The notes beneath the pieces were generated by a model. The model was not told the DNA's origin. It was given only the letters and a program-made list of their open reading frames with translations, and ran no database searches. Below are positions 28,255 to 39,135 of a stretch of DNA of 64,000 bases, piece by piece (position 1 is the stretch's first letter; each line of letters starts with the position of its first letter). The DNA lies in NCBI GenBank assembly GCA_025059805.1, contig JANXDG010000050.1, forward strand, positions 18,157 through 82,156, read 5' to 3'. Position numbers and translations under genes: made by a program. This DNA is from Endomicrobiia bacterium. Its GTDB lineage: Bacteria; Elusimicrobiota; Endomicrobiia; DTEH01.

Positions 28255-29010
28255 TTATTTATCAAACATTACTATTTTGTAAAAACTTTCTGGGTCTAAC
28301 GATGCTCCTCCGACAAGACCACCATCAACATCTTTCTGTGACATTATTCCTTTAAAATTTTCAGGTGTAATAGAACCACCGTATAAAATCCTTACTTTTT
28401 CAGCAACTATGGAACCATAAAGTTCAGCGTATTTCTGTCTTATAAACTGTTGTGCTTCTTGTGCCTGTTGCGGTGTTGCATTTTTACCCGTCCCTATTGC
28501 CCAGACAGGTTCATAAGCTATAACTATCTTTTCTGCATCAAGAGTATTAAGGTTTGCTAACGAACCTCTCACCTGTCTTTCTAAAACTTCAAAAGTTTTA
28601 TTTTGTTCACGTTCTTGTAATGTCTCACCGATACATACTATAGGAATCAAACCAAACTTGATTGCAGTCAATACTTTTTTGTTAACAAATTCATCAGTTT
28701 CATTAAAATATTTACGTCGTTCAGAGTGCCCAAGGATTACATAGTTACATCCTACATCTTTCAACATTACGGGACTTATTTCTCCAGTGTATGCTCCTTT
28801 CTCTTCTATGTACATATTTTGTGCACCAAGTTTAATATTACTACCAAAAAGAAGTTTACCTGCGATGTATAAACCAGTAAACGGTACACAAAGAACAATC
28901 TCTCTGTCAAAATTTTTATCTACTAAAGAAATAAATTTTCTTATATAATCTTCTATTTCAGAGATTATTTTGTGCATTTTCCAGTTTGCTGCTATCAATG
29001 GTTTTCTCAT
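28255..29010 (-). CDS. tpiA: Triose-phosphate isomerase
   Basis: AANWKMHK, catalytic region AYEPVWAIGTG, GGSIT. Confidence 0.9.
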   Translation of the reverse strand: MRKPLIAANWKMHKIISEIEDYIRKFISLVDKNFDREIVLCVPFTGLYIAGKLLFGSNIKLGAQNMYIEEKGAYTGEISPVMLKDVGCNYVILGHSERRKYFNETDEFVNKKVLTAIKFGLIPIVCIGETLQEREQNKTFEVLERQVRGSLANLNTLDAEKIVIAYEPVWAIGTGKNATPQQAQEAQQFIRQKYAELYGSIVAEKVRILYGGSITPENFKGIMSQKDVDGGLVGGASLDPESFYKIVMFDK

Positions 29011-29080
29011 AACTCAACTCCTTCCCTCTATATGAATAATTATTACAAAAGTTTCTACTTTTTTTCAACAAAAATTTTAA

Positions 29081-30148
29081 TCAGTAACATACTCTATTTC
29101 TTCCTAAAGATTTGGCTCTGTACAACAATTCATCTGTTTTTGATATTAATTCATCAAAGGTTTCACCAGAAAATTCCTTCACACCAAATGAACAAGTTAC
29201 AGTTATCTCTCCATTTGACGTAAAAAACTTTCTTGAACAAACTTCTTGCCTAAGCCGTTCCGCAACTATAACAGCTTGCCGCAAAGAAGTATGAGGTAAA
29301 ATTAAACAGAATTCTTCGCCACCATATCTCCCTGCAATATCCGTAATCCTAACATTATCTCGTATTACTTCACTTATAGTAGTTATAACTAAATCTCCCA
29401 CCTGGTGTCCATACTTATCATTTATTTGTTTGAAATGGTCTATATCAAACATAACCAAAGAAAGTTTTGTATTAAACTTATTAGCAAGAACAATTTCTTC
29501 CTGTAAACGCTTTATTATATAATCGTGATTATACAATTTTGTCATACTATCACTCACAACAGCATAAAACGTATAACATCTGTGTATTGCAGCTGAAGTT
29601 TGTTCAGCAATAATACTTAAAATAAGTCCCTCAAAACGTGAACGTGGAAACTTTTTGATTATTTTAAAATGTAGATTTAAGACGCCATAATTTTTATCCT
29701 GAAACTTTAGTGGTACTGCTATGAGCGCTTCTTTTCTGAGTGGTTTTACTTCAGGTGAGAAAAGTTTATAATAATATTCTGATGTTGAAACATCTCTAAC
29801 CATTACAGGAAGGCCTGTTTCAAGTGCTCGCCCAGCAACACCTTCACCAGGTTTAAGCCTTAACCCACGTACAACAGTTACACAAATATTTTTTCCAGCT
29901 TTGATTCTTAGTTCACCATTATCATAAATTAGCATTAGTGAACACCTTATTGGTCTCAACACTTCTGATACAACATCAACAATCTGTGGCAGAATTTTGT
30001 CCATTTCTACTGAAGAAGATATTTTAGAAAATTTCTTTAGAAGTTCTGCCAGCTTCGACCTATAATACGAGCTGAGTAACAAATATGAAATAATAAAAGA
30101 CAACAAACTAATAACTAATAAAAACAAAAAACAGGTTAAAAAATTCAT
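29081..30148 (-). CDS. Membrane-anchored GAF-GGDEF diguanylate cyclase
   Basis: N-terminal TM helix, GAF-like region, RYGGEEF active-site motif. Confidence 0.8.
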   Translation of the reverse strand: MNFLTCFLFLLVISLLSFIISYLLLSSYYRSKLAELLKKFSKISSSVEMDKILPQIVDVVSEVLRPIRCSLMLIYDNGELRIKAGKNICVTVVRGLRLKPGEGVAGRALETGLPVMVRDVSTSEYYYKLFSPEVKPLRKEALIAVPLKFQDKNYGVLNLHFKIIKKFPRSRFEGLILSIIAEQTSAAIHRCYTFYAVVSDSMTKLYNHDYIIKRLQEEIVLANKFNTKLSLVMFDIDHFKQINDKYGHQVGDLVITTISEVIRDNVRITDIAGRYGGEEFCLILPHTSLRQAVIVAERLRQEVCSRKFFTSNGEITVTCSFGVKEFSGETFDELISKTDELLYRAKSLGRNRVCY

Positions 30149-30179
30149 TGATAATTGTTGTTTGCAGAAAATATTATCA

Positions 30180-30389
30180 CTATCTGTTCAATAAAATCCA
30201 CAGTAGCAAAAGCAGAATTAAAACAAAAAATATACCAAGCACACTTCTGTGCTTTATAACTTTAGGATAAAAATTTGTTTTCAACGGTAAGCCATGCGAA
30301 GTGGAAATTAACCGCGAGAAACATACTCTACAATATTTTAAAGTTGTTCTATTTTCTGTGCCACAAATTGGACATTTTATAGTTTTCAT
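30180..30389 (-). CDS. Small zinc-ribbon membrane protein
   Basis: CPICG...CRVC followed by a C-terminal hydrophobic helix. 69 aa. 4 bp downstream of nupC. Confidence 0.45.
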   Translation of the reverse strand: MKTIKCPICGTENRTTLKYCRVCFSRLISTSHGLPLKTNFYPKVIKHRSVLGIFFVLILLLLLWILLNR

Positions 30390-30393
30390 ACTA

Positions 30394-31653
30394 TTACTTT
30401 GTTAGTAGTATACCAGCAACTGTAGCTGTCTGCAGACAAGCTAAAGTTCCTGCAATAAGAGATTTAATGCCTAACCGTGCAAGGTCATGTTTGCGTTCAG
30501 GTGCAATTGCTCCTATACCACCTATTTGTATACCTATTGATAAAAAATTAGAAAATCCACATAAAGCATAAGATAGTATCACCGCAGTCCTATGTGTTAC
30601 AATCTGTGGATTATTAGCGTACATATGTGCCCAGTTTGCATACGCTACAAATTCGTTAAAAAATGTTTTTTGACCAATTAAATTCCCTGCTATAAAAATG
30701 TCTTTACTATCAACACCGAGTAACCAAGATATCGGAGCGAAAATTAAACCAAAAAGTTTATCAAATGAAAGGTTTTTGGTAACTTCAAAAGGTAATAAAT
30801 TGCCCAAAGTCGAAAGAAGATAATTTGCAAAATATAATAGTGCCATAAAACTTATAAGCATCGCGCCAACATTCACTGCAAGACGTAATCCAACAGTTGT
30901 ACCGTTAGCGACTGCGTCTATAACATTTACATCTGTCTTTTCATATTTAACTTTAACATGACCTAAAGTTTTAGGTTCTTCTGTCTCAGGAACAAGAAGT
31001 TTTGAAAATACCAATGCTGCTGGTGCAGACATTACGGAAGCTGTCATTAAATGTCCTGCAATGTCTGGAATATAGTTTTTTAACAAACTTACATACGCTG
31101 CCATAACACCACCTGCTATAGTTGCCATACCACCAGTCATCACAGCAAGCAATTCCGAGCGTGTCATATCTCTTACATATGGTCTAACCAACAACGGCGC
31201 TTCTGTCTGCCCTACGAAAACATTTGCTGAACAACATAAACTTTCAGCACCTGAAGTTCCCATTGTTCTTACCATAATCCTTGCGAATAATTCTACTATG
31301 AATTGCATCACTCCAAAATAGTAAAGTATAGATATAAACGCTGAAAAAAATATTATCGTTGGCAAAACTTTGAATGCAAAAATATATCCAAATTTGTCAG
31401 TATTTGTTACAAGTTCACCAAAAATAAATTCTGCACCTCGTTCTGAAAAACTAACAAGTACAATAAAAGCCTTGTTAAAAACTTCAAAGAACCACCTACC
31501 AGGTGGTGTCTTTAAAACTATCAAACCCAAAATTATCTGCAACAAAGTACCCCACAAAATTGTCCTCCATAAAATACGTTTCTTATCTTCAGAAAGTAAC
31601 CAACCAATAGCTATAAGAACTAACATTCCAAAAAGACTTACTAAATTTTTCAT
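30394..31653 (-). CDS. nupC: Concentrative nucleoside transporter (NupC family)
   Basis: 419 aa polytopic protein. The N-terminal region and overall pattern match the CNT family. Confidence 0.75.
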   Translation of the reverse strand: MKNLVSLFGMLVLIAIGWLLSEDKKRILWRTILWGTLLQIILGLIVLKTPPGRWFFEVFNKAFIVLVSFSERGAEFIFGELVTNTDKFGYIFAFKVLPTIIFFSAFISILYYFGVMQFIVELFARIMVRTMGTSGAESLCCSANVFVGQTEAPLLVRPYVRDMTRSELLAVMTGGMATIAGGVMAAYVSLLKNYIPDIAGHLMTASVMSAPAALVFSKLLVPETEEPKTLGHVKVKYEKTDVNVIDAVANGTTVGLRLAVNVGAMLISFMALLYFANYLLSTLGNLLPFEVTKNLSFDKLFGLIFAPISWLLGVDSKDIFIAGNLIGQKTFFNEFVAYANWAHMYANNPQIVTHRTAVILSYALCGFSNFLSIGIQIGGIGAIAPERKHDLARLGIKSLIAGTLACLQTATVAGILLTK

Positions 31654-31684
31654 AAGTTAAAATGATTTAAATAAGGCAAGTAAC

Positions 31685-31757
31685 AGCGGGAGACGGGACT
31701 CGAACCCGCGACATTCTGCTTGGAAGGCAGATGTTCTACCAACTGAACTACTCCCGC
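31685..31757 (-). tRNA. tRNA-Gly (anticodon TCC)
   Basis: GCGGGAG...CTCCCGC acceptor, anticodon loop CUUCCAA, U73 discriminator, 73 nt. Confidence 0.8.
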
Positions 31758-31763
31758 AAAACC

Positions 31764-31848
31764 TGGGCAGGGTAGGATTCGAACCTACGTAGTCCCAACG
31801 GACGGCAGATTTACAGTCTGCTGCGATTGTCCACTCCGCCACCTGCCC
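31764..31848 (-). tRNA. tRNA-Tyr (anticodon GTA), type II with long variable arm
   Basis: GGGCAGG...CCTGCCC acceptor, anticodon loop CUGUAAA, long variable arm, T-loop TTCGAAT, 85 nt. Confidence 0.8.
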
Positions 31849-31890
31849 TTTGTAAAGATTTATTAACATATCAAAATTTATCAATAAAAT

Positions 31891-32718
31891 TCAATAATTG
31901 TGTAATATTACATCTGACAATAATGATAAAGTTGAAAGTGCTGCAAGATAACTTGTTTTTGGATTATTTTCTGAAGGCACGTTTTCTGTACGAACATATA
32001 TTTCACCTGCTAATGAATTAATACTTATTTCATGGACATTACTTGTGATCTCTCTGTCAGCAATTATCTTAACCCTCACTTTTTCTGGACAACCAGAAAC
32101 TATTGCTAAAGTTGCTGCTACGTTAATGTTCTGTGGGAAATACTTTACTGCAGTATAAACATCGCCGTTAAAAATTTCTGTACGTGTTGACTTTACCACT
32201 TTTTTGTATAAACTTGGTTTTAGATTAAAAATTTGTGAATTAAGTAAACTTTTTACTGGTTTTGTAGTCGTAAGCTGTATACTTCTAATCCCGGCAATAC
32301 TTGCTGCAGATAAAGCATCACAACCTGCAATAGCACCTGAAGGAATTTTTATTCTATATCCTTTGTCTAAAAGCAACTTATATTCATCAAAGTTTTCTAA
32401 AAGTCCACCTACAGAAAGTATTATAACAGTCTTAGATTTGTATGGTTTAATACTTCTTAAAATTTCACTAACTGCACCTACTGAAGCTGATTCCATTATT
32501 ACATCAGATTTTTTTATCAACTGCTTAATATTACTACATCTAAGAAGTTTGTCAGTGTAATATTTTATTCTACTGAATTTTTTCAGGAATAATAATAACT
32601 TGTCTTCATCAATATCATAGACATAAATTTTTCTTAGTTTATCAGCGAGAGTTGTTAATTTACTTAGAACAATCGTAGCGATGTTACCTGTGCCAATTAT
32701 ACCAAGAGTTTTATTCAT
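31891..32718 (-). CDS. nadX: L-aspartate dehydrogenase
   Basis: GIIGTGNI Rossmann motif, PSGAIAGCDAL, NINVAATL and PENNPKTS segments as in NadX/DUF108 proteins. Confidence 0.7.
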   Translation of the reverse strand: MNKTLGIIGTGNIATIVLSKLTTLADKLRKIYVYDIDEDKLLLFLKKFSRIKYYTDKLLRCSNIKQLIKKSDVIMESASVGAVSEILRSIKPYKSKTVIILSVGGLLENFDEYKLLLDKGYRIKIPSGAIAGCDALSAASIAGIRSIQLTTTKPVKSLLNSQIFNLKPSLYKKVVKSTRTEIFNGDVYTAVKYFPQNINVAATLAIVSGCPEKVRVKIIADREITSNVHEISINSLAGEIYVRTENVPSENNPKTSYLAALSTLSLLSDVILHNY

Positions 32719-33311
32719 ACATCTGTTTTAAAATTTTTGTATAGCTCGGACAACATATCTCTGATTTTGTTCAATTTTTCTAACAGTTCTTGTTGTGAAA
32801 GTTTGTTATAATTATTTACCAATTGTTGAAGTTCAAATTTTATCTTTTCAACTTTTTCTTTATCAGACTTAACATACATACGTAGTTTATCTACCATATT
32901 TTGGAAACTCGCTGCTAATTCTTGTAATTCATCACCTTTCCTCAACTTAAGATAAATCGTTAAATCACCATCAGAAAGTAGATTAAACATCTTATCAAAG
33001 ACGTACAAAGGTCCTGCAATACGATGTAAAACAAATATTCCTAATGTTACTATCAGGACAACAAATATAATACAAACATATACCACTGTTCTAAAAACAA
33101 GTTTTGTTACTGCTTCAACTTCTAATCCAGAAAGATTCTCAAGTAATGTTGTAGTCCTCAATGTGAGATTTACATAATAAGCTGTAGATAATAATATAAC
33201 TATGACTAGTACTAATACAATGATTAGGTACTTAATTTGAAACTTGGGATTGATTAAATAACGTCTTCTGCGTAGTATTACAGAACTACTCCCTAAAAGT
33301 TTTCTTAACAT
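32715..33311 (-). CDS. Hypothetical membrane protein with C-terminal coiled coil
   Basis: Two hydrophobic helices followed by a charged helical region. No recognised motif. Confidence 0.4.
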   Translation of the reverse strand: MLRKLLGSSSVILRRRRYLINPKFQIKYLIIVLVLVIVILLSTAYYVNLTLRTTTLLENLSGLEVEAVTKLVFRTVVYVCIIFVVLIVTLGIFVLHRIAGPLYVFDKMFNLLSDGDLTIYLKLRKGDELQELAASFQNMVDKLRMYVKSDKEKVEKIKFELQQLVNNYNKLSQQELLEKLNKIRDMLSELYKNFKTDV

Positions 33312-33313
33312 CC

Positions 33314-34012
33314 CTATTTTTTTGTAAATTCTTGTGGGTTTATTCGTATAGAAGGACCCATTGTGGAAGATAAGTATATATTCTTAAGATATACACCTTT
33401 TGCCTGTGCCGGTTTTAGTTTTATTATTGTATCAACTACTGTCATAATATTTTCTATTAATTTGTCTGTATCAAACGAAATTTTTCCTACAGGACAATGA
33501 ATAATACCATAATTATCATTTCTAAACTCCACTCTTCCTTTTTTAACTTCTTCAACAGCCTTCACGATTTCAGTTGTAACAGTACCTGTTTTAGGGTTTG
33601 GCATAAGTCCTTTCGGACCTAAAATTTTACCAAGTTTTGCTATATCTTTCATCATATCAGGTGTTGCAATCAGTGCATCAAAATCTGTCCACCCTTTTGC
33701 TATTTTCTCAATTAACTCTTCCGCTCCATAAAATTCTGCGCCACTTTTCTCAGCTTCTTTAAGTTTCTCACCCTTTGCTAAAACACAAACACGAGCAGTT
33801 TTCCCTGTACCATGAGGTAACACAACTGCACCACGGACTGTCTGCGATGATTGTTTTGGATCTATACCAAGATTTATATGAATTTCAACTGTTTCATCAA
33901 ACTTTGTTCTCTTTAACTCTTTTAACAACTCTATCGCTTCTTTTAAAGAATACAATTTTTGTTTGTCAACCTTTTTTCTTACTTCTAACATACGTTTACT
34001 CATAAGTTTCAA
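33314..34012 (-). CDS. rplA: 50S ribosomal protein L1
   Basis: [13 protein letters not shown]...[13 protein letters not shown] typical of L1. Confidence 0.9.
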   Translation of the reverse strand: MKLMSKRMLEVRKKVDKQKLYSLKEAIELLKELKRTKFDETVEIHINLGIDPKQSSQTVRGAVVLPHGTGKTARVCVLAKGEKLKEAEKSGAEFYGAEELIEKIAKGWTDFDALIATPDMMKDIAKLGKILGPKGLMPNPKTGTVTTEIVKAVEEVKKGRVEFRNDNYGIIHCPVGKISFDTDKLIENIMTVVDTIIKLKPAQAKGVYLKNIYLSSTMGPSIRINPQEFTKK

Positions 34013-34046
34013 TCCTCCCTAAATGTCTAATCTGTCGGTTAAAACT

Positions 34047-34478
34047 TCAATCTTCAACAACTTCTATCCCCATACTACGTGCTGTCCCTTCAACAATTTT
34101 TATCGCTGCTTCTAAACTGGTAGTATTAAGATCAGGAAGTTTAAGTTTTGCTATCTCTTTTACTTGACTCTTGGTAACAGTAGCTATAGTTTGTGAACCT
34201 GGTTTACCAGAAGCTTTCGCTAAACCAGCAATTTTTTTTAACAACGCTGAGACAGGCGGTGTTTTTAAAACAAAACTAAAAGTTCTATCTTCATATACTG
34301 TAATAATAACAGGTATTAACATTCCCTGTTCCATATTTTTGGTTTTTGCATTAAACTCATTACAAAATTGCATTATGTTAACCCCATGCTGACCTAACGC
34401 AGGGCCAACTGGTGGTGCAGGGTTTGCCTGTCCCGCTGGGATCTGAAGTTTGATTTGTGTTTTTATTTTCTTTGCCAT
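34047..34478 (-). CDS. rplK: 50S ribosomal protein L11
   Basis: [26 protein letters not shown] signature. Confidence 0.9.
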   Translation of the reverse strand: MAKKIKTQIKLQIPAGQANPAPPVGPALGQHGVNIMQFCNEFNAKTKNMEQGMLIPVIITVYEDRTFSFVLKTPPVSALLKKIAGLAKASGKPGSQTIATVTKSQVKEIAKLKLPDLNTTSLEAAIKIVEGTARSMGIEVVED

Positions 34479-34513
34479 AACTTGTCACCTCTAATAGTTA
34501 TTAAAAATATAAT

Positions 34514-35095
34514 CTAAACTTTTTCAACCTGTGTAAACTCAAGTTCTACAGATGTAGGCCTGCCAAAGAGTGTTACTACAACTTTTAACTTCCCTTTTTC
34601 TTCATTTATTTCTTCAACAACACCAGTGAAATGTCTAAAAGGACCATCAATAATACGTATAGTATCTCCTAAATCAAACTTGCGCACAACTTTAGGTGCA
34701 GAACCTTTTAGTTTTTCAGCTAACGCTTTGATTTCATTAACTTCTTTCTCAGACATTTTCTGAGGATTAGCACCACCTAAGAAACCTTTAACACCACTAA
34801 CACTGCGAACAAAATTGTAAGTTTCAGGTGTCAAAACCATATTTATATAAACATAACCTTTAAATACAGCTTTTCTTAATTTTGTTTTTTCACCTTTCTT
34901 TATTCTTATTTCTTCTTCCTCAGGAACCAGTACTTCAAAAATTTTTTGTTCCATACCATCTGTTGTTTTTATTTTTTCCTCTAAACGATACTTCACATCT
35001 AACTCTTTGCCTACCATACAATATACAATGTACCAACCGCTTTCTGTTGAGGTAAGACTATGCTGCATTTTTTCCGTAGTTTCCTGTTGCGACAT
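34514..35095 (-). CDS. nusG: Transcription termination/antitermination factor NusG
   Basis: N-terminal NGN region (WYIVYCMVGKE) and C-terminal KOW (GDTIRIIDGPFRHFTGVVEEIN). Confidence 0.85.
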   Translation of the reverse strand: MSQQETTEKMQHSLTSTESGWYIVYCMVGKELDVKYRLEEKIKTTDGMEQKIFEVLVPEEEEIRIKKGEKTKLRKAVFKGYVYINMVLTPETYNFVRSVSGVKGFLGGANPQKMSEKEVNEIKALAEKLKGSAPKVVRKFDLGDTIRIIDGPFRHFTGVVEEINEEKGKLKVVVTLFGRPTSVELEFTQVEKV

Positions 35096-35096
35096 A

Positions 35097-35321
35097 TTAT
35101 ACTCTTCCTCCTAAAAACAAAGAAACAATTTTTGCTAAGATAAAGTCTATTATACCTATATATATAGACATTATTATAATAAGTATAACTACAACAAGTG
35201 TAGAAGCTACGGCTTCTTTCTTACTTAACCAAGTGACTTTCTTAAGCTCAACATAAGATTCTTTTATAAATCTCACTAGGGAATCAATTCCTTGTTTTAT
35301 ACTTAGCATTGTAGAAAACAA
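35097..35321 (-). CDS. secE: Preprotein translocase subunit SecE
   Basis: 74 aa. KVTWLSKKE followed by a single TM helix. Canonical position upstream of nusG. Confidence 0.8.
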   Translation of the reverse strand: MFSTMLSIKQGIDSLVRFIKESYVELKKVTWLSKKEAVASTLVVVILIIIMSIYIGIIDFILAKIVSLFLGGRV

Positions 35322-35401
35322 ACCTCTTTTTTTTCGTAAATAAATTCTAAATTGAGTTTAACTTATACTAAAATAAAGAATATTTTTCAATACTTGAGTA
35401 A

Positions 35402-36160
35402 TTATTTTATCCAATCGTTCAAATGTCCAAACTTATACTTTTTTTCTAAACAATAGTTTATAAATCTTTCTAGTACTTTAACAGTTCTATCCCTGTGTTT
35501 ACCACCATCATGAAATAAGTAAATACCTCCTGGCTGTAAAGCATTTATATATTTCTTAAACATTTCATCTTCAGTATAATTATGCCAGTCACAGCCAAAT
35601 GTCCAGTTAATAACTTTGTAACCAAACTTGTGCATTATAACCTCGTCCATCCATTGGCGATAATATCCATTAGGCATACGAAGAAATTGTATTTTAAAAT
35701 TATGAGTTAAAATTTTTTTAAGCTCTGCCTCTGTCTTCTCCAGCTCATCAACTAATATTTTTTTTAATTGTGGTATTGTATTGTTCTTTTGTAACTGATA
35801 AAAATTTTTATGGCTATAAGTATGACTACCTATAATATGACCATCACGTACTATTTCTCTAATAATATCTTGTCTAAATTTAGCTAACTCACCTAATACA
35901 AAAAATATGGCTTTAATATCATATTTTTTAAGAATTACAAGGATTTCTTTTGTATACTCACCTGGACCATCATCAAATGATAAAAAGATAACTTTTTCAT
36001 TATTAGTGTTTATTTTCCAGAAAAAAATATTATCCTTTTGGCTAAAACAATCAGAAGTAAATGTAAAAAGTATAAAAAATGTAATACTCAACTTTAATGT
36101 TTTCATCTTAATACTCTTTAATAAACTTTTTTGCTGCATAATAGCCAGGTGTGAATCCAT
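35402..36160 (-). CDS. Polysaccharide deacetylase (NodB/CE4 domain), secreted
   Basis: Signal peptide, FLSFDDGPG, HTYSH and FHDG motifs of the NodB homology domain. Confidence 0.8.
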   Translation of the reverse strand: MDSHLAIMQQKSLLKSIKMKTLKLSITFFILFTFTSDCFSQKDNIFFWKINTNNEKVIFLSFDDGPGEYTKEILVILKKYDIKAIFFVLGELAKFRQDIIREIVRDGHIIGSHTYSHKNFYQLQKNNTIPQLKKILVDELEKTEAELKKILTHNFKIQFLRMPNGYYRQWMDEVIMHKFGYKVINWTFGCDWHNYTEDEMFKKYINALQPGGIYLFHDGGKHRDRTVKVLERFINYCLEKKYKFGHLNDWIK

Positions 36161-37739
36161 ATATAAAATTTATCATCACAAAAAGTATAATATAAAATAT
36201 TATTTCAAAAAAACTTAATTTAAGTCCTAACAAATATCGTTTCACAGGTTCAGCAATTGAGGAAAGAAGTATTACTATATAACACAATGATGTCAAGATA
36301 AAAATTAACCCACCAAAAGAAGTTTCAATTTGTGCTATGTCTTTATATTCCTTTTTTGGAAATAATATACCGAAAGAATATCCCGCAAGTGTCAACACTG
36401 CTGACGAAACTAAAATAATAACTAGCGACGATGACATTAAAATAGAGTCAACTTTTAATACTAAATTTGATAGCGTAACTATGATCAATCCTGGGATTAA
36501 AATCATCGGTATATATACAATAAATTTTATAATGAAAAAATGTGTTATATTTACTGGTGCCGATTTTAACAACCAAAAAATTTTATATTCCATACTTGGC
36601 TGTACGAAAACGAATCTTAATACTAATGCTGTTATTATAAACATTATTCCGCCTAAGTTAAAAAATGAAACTGTTACCCTTATATATTTAAATTCTAAAG
36701 GCAATCTGCTGATATTAAAAATATATATAGTAGTAAGAGCAATTACAACAACAAACTGTATCATTTGTATTGGTTCTCTTAGGAACAGTCTTATTTCTTT
36801 TGTTAGAATGGTCCTAAACAGTGAAGATATGTTTAGATCTTTCTCTTTTAGACAGGATTTTCTCAAATTTGTATTTGAACGAGTTAAACTTTTATAAAAT
36901 AATTTTACGCCCAAAATATATAGAACTATAACTGTAAAACAAAATACAAAAAATAATTTCAAAATATTAACACCGACTATCCAGTAGTCGGTTATCATCA
37001 ATCCGCGAAATACTTCTGTTACCCACCATGAGGGTAACCACTTAGCAACTGGTCTTGAAAGAAAATCCAAATATTCTACGAGCTCAGGGAAATTTTGTGG
37101 TGATAAAAACTTTTCTGGCTGAGAGATACGTAATAAAGAATAGAATAAAGACGACAACACTACAATTAGAATAAGTACTATATTTTTTATTTTTCTTGAA
37201 GGAAATAAATAAGACAATATTATTGTAACTAGACAACCTATAACTGTCCCAATAAACACTTTAAACAACACTGAAGTAGTTAGAACAAAATAGCCAAGTA
37301 TTGAAAAATTTTTGACACTAGCAAAACCTACCACAAAAGGTATCACAACCAAGAGTATCATCCAACAAGAATAGAAAGATGTCAATATTACTCTAAAAAA
37401 GAAAATACTATTTACATTAATTGGTAATGAAAATAAAAGATGTAATTCGTTTTCATCATAGAGAGTAGAAAATGATACAATTAATGATGAAAAAATTAAC
37501 ATCACAAAACTTGTAAGAAATGCTAAAGCTAATATTCTTATTATGAAAATATTTCCGATCACAGGAAAAGTTGAAATATATATTATCACCTGATATGAAA
37601 TTATGTAACTACATATGAACAGTCCTGTGACAAACAGTAATAATAAAACACTACGTATTTTTTCGAACTTTTGCGCAAATACTATTGTGTTTTTAAAAAG
37701 TTTCAACTGTAGAAATAACAGTCTGATTAAGTTATACAT
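36108..37739 (-). CDS. Polytopic membrane protein, putative ABC exporter permease
   Basis: 543 aa with more than 10 predicted hydrophobic helices, directly downstream of an ABC ATPase gene. Confidence 0.5.
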   Translation of the reverse strand: MYNLIRLLFLQLKLFKNTIVFAQKFEKIRSVLLLLFVTGLFICSYIISYQVIIYISTFPVIGNIFIIRILALAFLTSFVMLIFSSLIVSFSTLYDENELHLLFSLPINVNSIFFFRVILTSFYSCWMILLVVIPFVVGFASVKNFSILGYFVLTTSVLFKVFIGTVIGCLVTIILSYLFPSRKIKNIVLILIVVLSSLFYSLLRISQPEKFLSPQNFPELVEYLDFLSRPVAKWLPSWWVTEVFRGLMITDYWIVGVNILKLFFVFCFTVIVLYILGVKLFYKSLTRSNTNLRKSCLKEKDLNISSLFRTILTKEIRLFLREPIQMIQFVVVIALTTIYIFNISRLPLEFKYIRVTVSFFNLGGIMFIITALVLRFVFVQPSMEYKIFWLLKSAPVNITHFFIIKFIVYIPMILIPGLIIVTLSNLVLKVDSILMSSSLVIILVSSAVLTLAGYSFGILFPKKEYKDIAQIETSFGGLIFILTSLCYIVILLSSIAEPVKRYLLGLKLSFFEIIFYIILFVMINFIYGFTPGYYAAKKFIKEY

Positions 37740-37795
37740 AAATTTTTAAAAATTCTTAAGATATGCCATTACTGTATTGATGGAAAGATTAGATA

Positions 37796-38548
37796 CTATT
37801 CGTGTTGAAATCCCGTAGTTACTCTAAGGTATATTTCTTCTAAACTTTCTGTATTTAGATTCAACTGTGATGCAATTTCTTTCCTTAGGCCACTAATTAA
37901 AATCTTTCCATTATTAATTATACAGACTCTTGTTGCTAACTGTTCAGCTAACTCTAACAGGTGCGTACATAATAATACCGTCTTACCCAATGATGATATT
38001 TGTTTAATATACTGTTTGAAAAAACTTATACATTTTGGATCAAGACCAACAAGTGGTTCATCAAGAATATAAAGTTCAGGATCACGCAAAAGTATACTCA
38101 TCAATAACAATTTTTGTTTCATACCTTTTGAATAAATTTCTATAGGCTGAGAAATAACATCTTGCAGTTCAAATTGAGAAATTAAATATTTATACTTACC
38201 CTGGTCAAATTCTTTCTTGTAAAGTGACAATATAAATTCAATGAATTCTATACCTCTAAGTTTACTATAAACATATGGCTCATCAGGTAAATATCCTATG
38301 TCGCGCTTTAACTCGGTATTATTAAGAAACATTTTTTTATTGAAAATATAAACTTCGCCACTGTCTGGTTCCAACACTCCAGATAAAATTCTTACAGTAG
38401 TGGTTTTACCTGCACCATTTGGTCCAAGTAAAACAAATATTTCACCTTTCTTTACAACAAAGCTTATATTAGATAAAACCTGTTTACCATCAAAATATTT
38501 TGATACATTTCTTACTACGACAATCTCGTTGTTATTCATACAATTCAC
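37796..38548 (-). CDS. ABC transporter ATP-binding protein
   Basis: Walker A GPNGAGKTT, ABC signature YSKGMKQKL, Walker B ILDEP. Confidence 0.85.
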   Translation of the reverse strand: MNCMNNNEIVVVRNVSKYFDGKQVLSNISFVVKKGEIFVLLGPNGAGKTTTVRILSGVLEPDSGEVYIFNKKMFLNNTELKRDIGYLPDEPYVYSKLRGIEFIEFILSLYKKEFDQGKYKYLISQFELQDVISQPIEIYSKGMKQKLLLMSILLRDPELYILDEPLVGLDPKCISFFKQYIKQISSLGKTVLLCTHLLELAEQLATRVCIINNGKILISGLRKEIASQLNLNTESLEEIYLRVTTGFQHE

Positions 38549-39135
38549 ACTACTATTGTTAACACGCCAGCAACAAAAATTGGTAACACAAAATTATCAT
38601 CCAAAGGTAATGGCAAAAATTCAATAGCCGCAGCTATAAAGGCTGCTAATAAAGCATACTCTGGTTTTACATAAAACAATCCGCACAGGAAAGCAATTAA
38701 AAAAAATGCTAAAGATCCTTCCAAACTTTTCCCTCGCGAGCCCAATTTAATCTTACCAAATGCTACTCCCACTACTGCTGCTATACTATCACCTAATGCG
38801 AGATATAACAAACTTAGCGTAACTATGTTTTTATTGTCAGAAAAAAGTAAAATTGTTAAAAACGCACCTGATAAAGTCCATATCAATGTAGATATATTAT
38901 CTTTTTCCTTTTCACGATAAGTTCCTTCAAAAAGTCTCAATAATAACTTATTAACTGAAGGATATAATAGTCTTATTGTTTCAAAAATTAAATCAATAAT
39001 TACCACAGTTGCTGATATTATAACAGAAGCAGCATATGGTAGAACATTATAAAGCACTGGATACAGTATTGTCAGTAGATGTAAACTTTTCCTTTTAAGT
39101 TCTTTTTTTAAATTTTCATTTACAAACATTCTCAT
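38545..39135 (-). CDS. CdsA / dolichol-kinase superfamily membrane protein (CTP-dependent transferase-like)
   Basis: GDSIAAVVGVAFGKIKLGSRGKSLEGS resembles the CdsA signature GDxxAxxxGxxxGKxKLxPxxSPxKTxEG. 196 aa multi-TM. Confidence 0.5.
   Translation of the reverse strand: MRMFVNENLKKELKRKSLHLLTILYPVLYNVLPYAASVIISATVVIIDLIFETIRLLYPSVNKLLLRLFEGTYREKEKDNISTLIWTLSGAFLTILLFSDNKNIVTLSLLYLALGDSIAAVVGVAFGKIKLGSRGKSLEGSLAFFLIAFLCGLFYVKPEYALLAAFIAAAIEFLPLPLDDNFVLPIFVAGVLTIVV

Noticed and set aside
31657-31884. 75 aa minus-strand ORF.
   Set aside because: It is completely covered by the tRNA-Gly and tRNA-Tyr genes, so it is spurious.
35322-35401. Rho-independent terminator after the polysaccharide deacetylase gene and before secE.
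   Set aside because: There is a T-run, but no convincing GC-rich stem-loop could be drawn by eye. No convincing terminator was found anywhere in this compact region.
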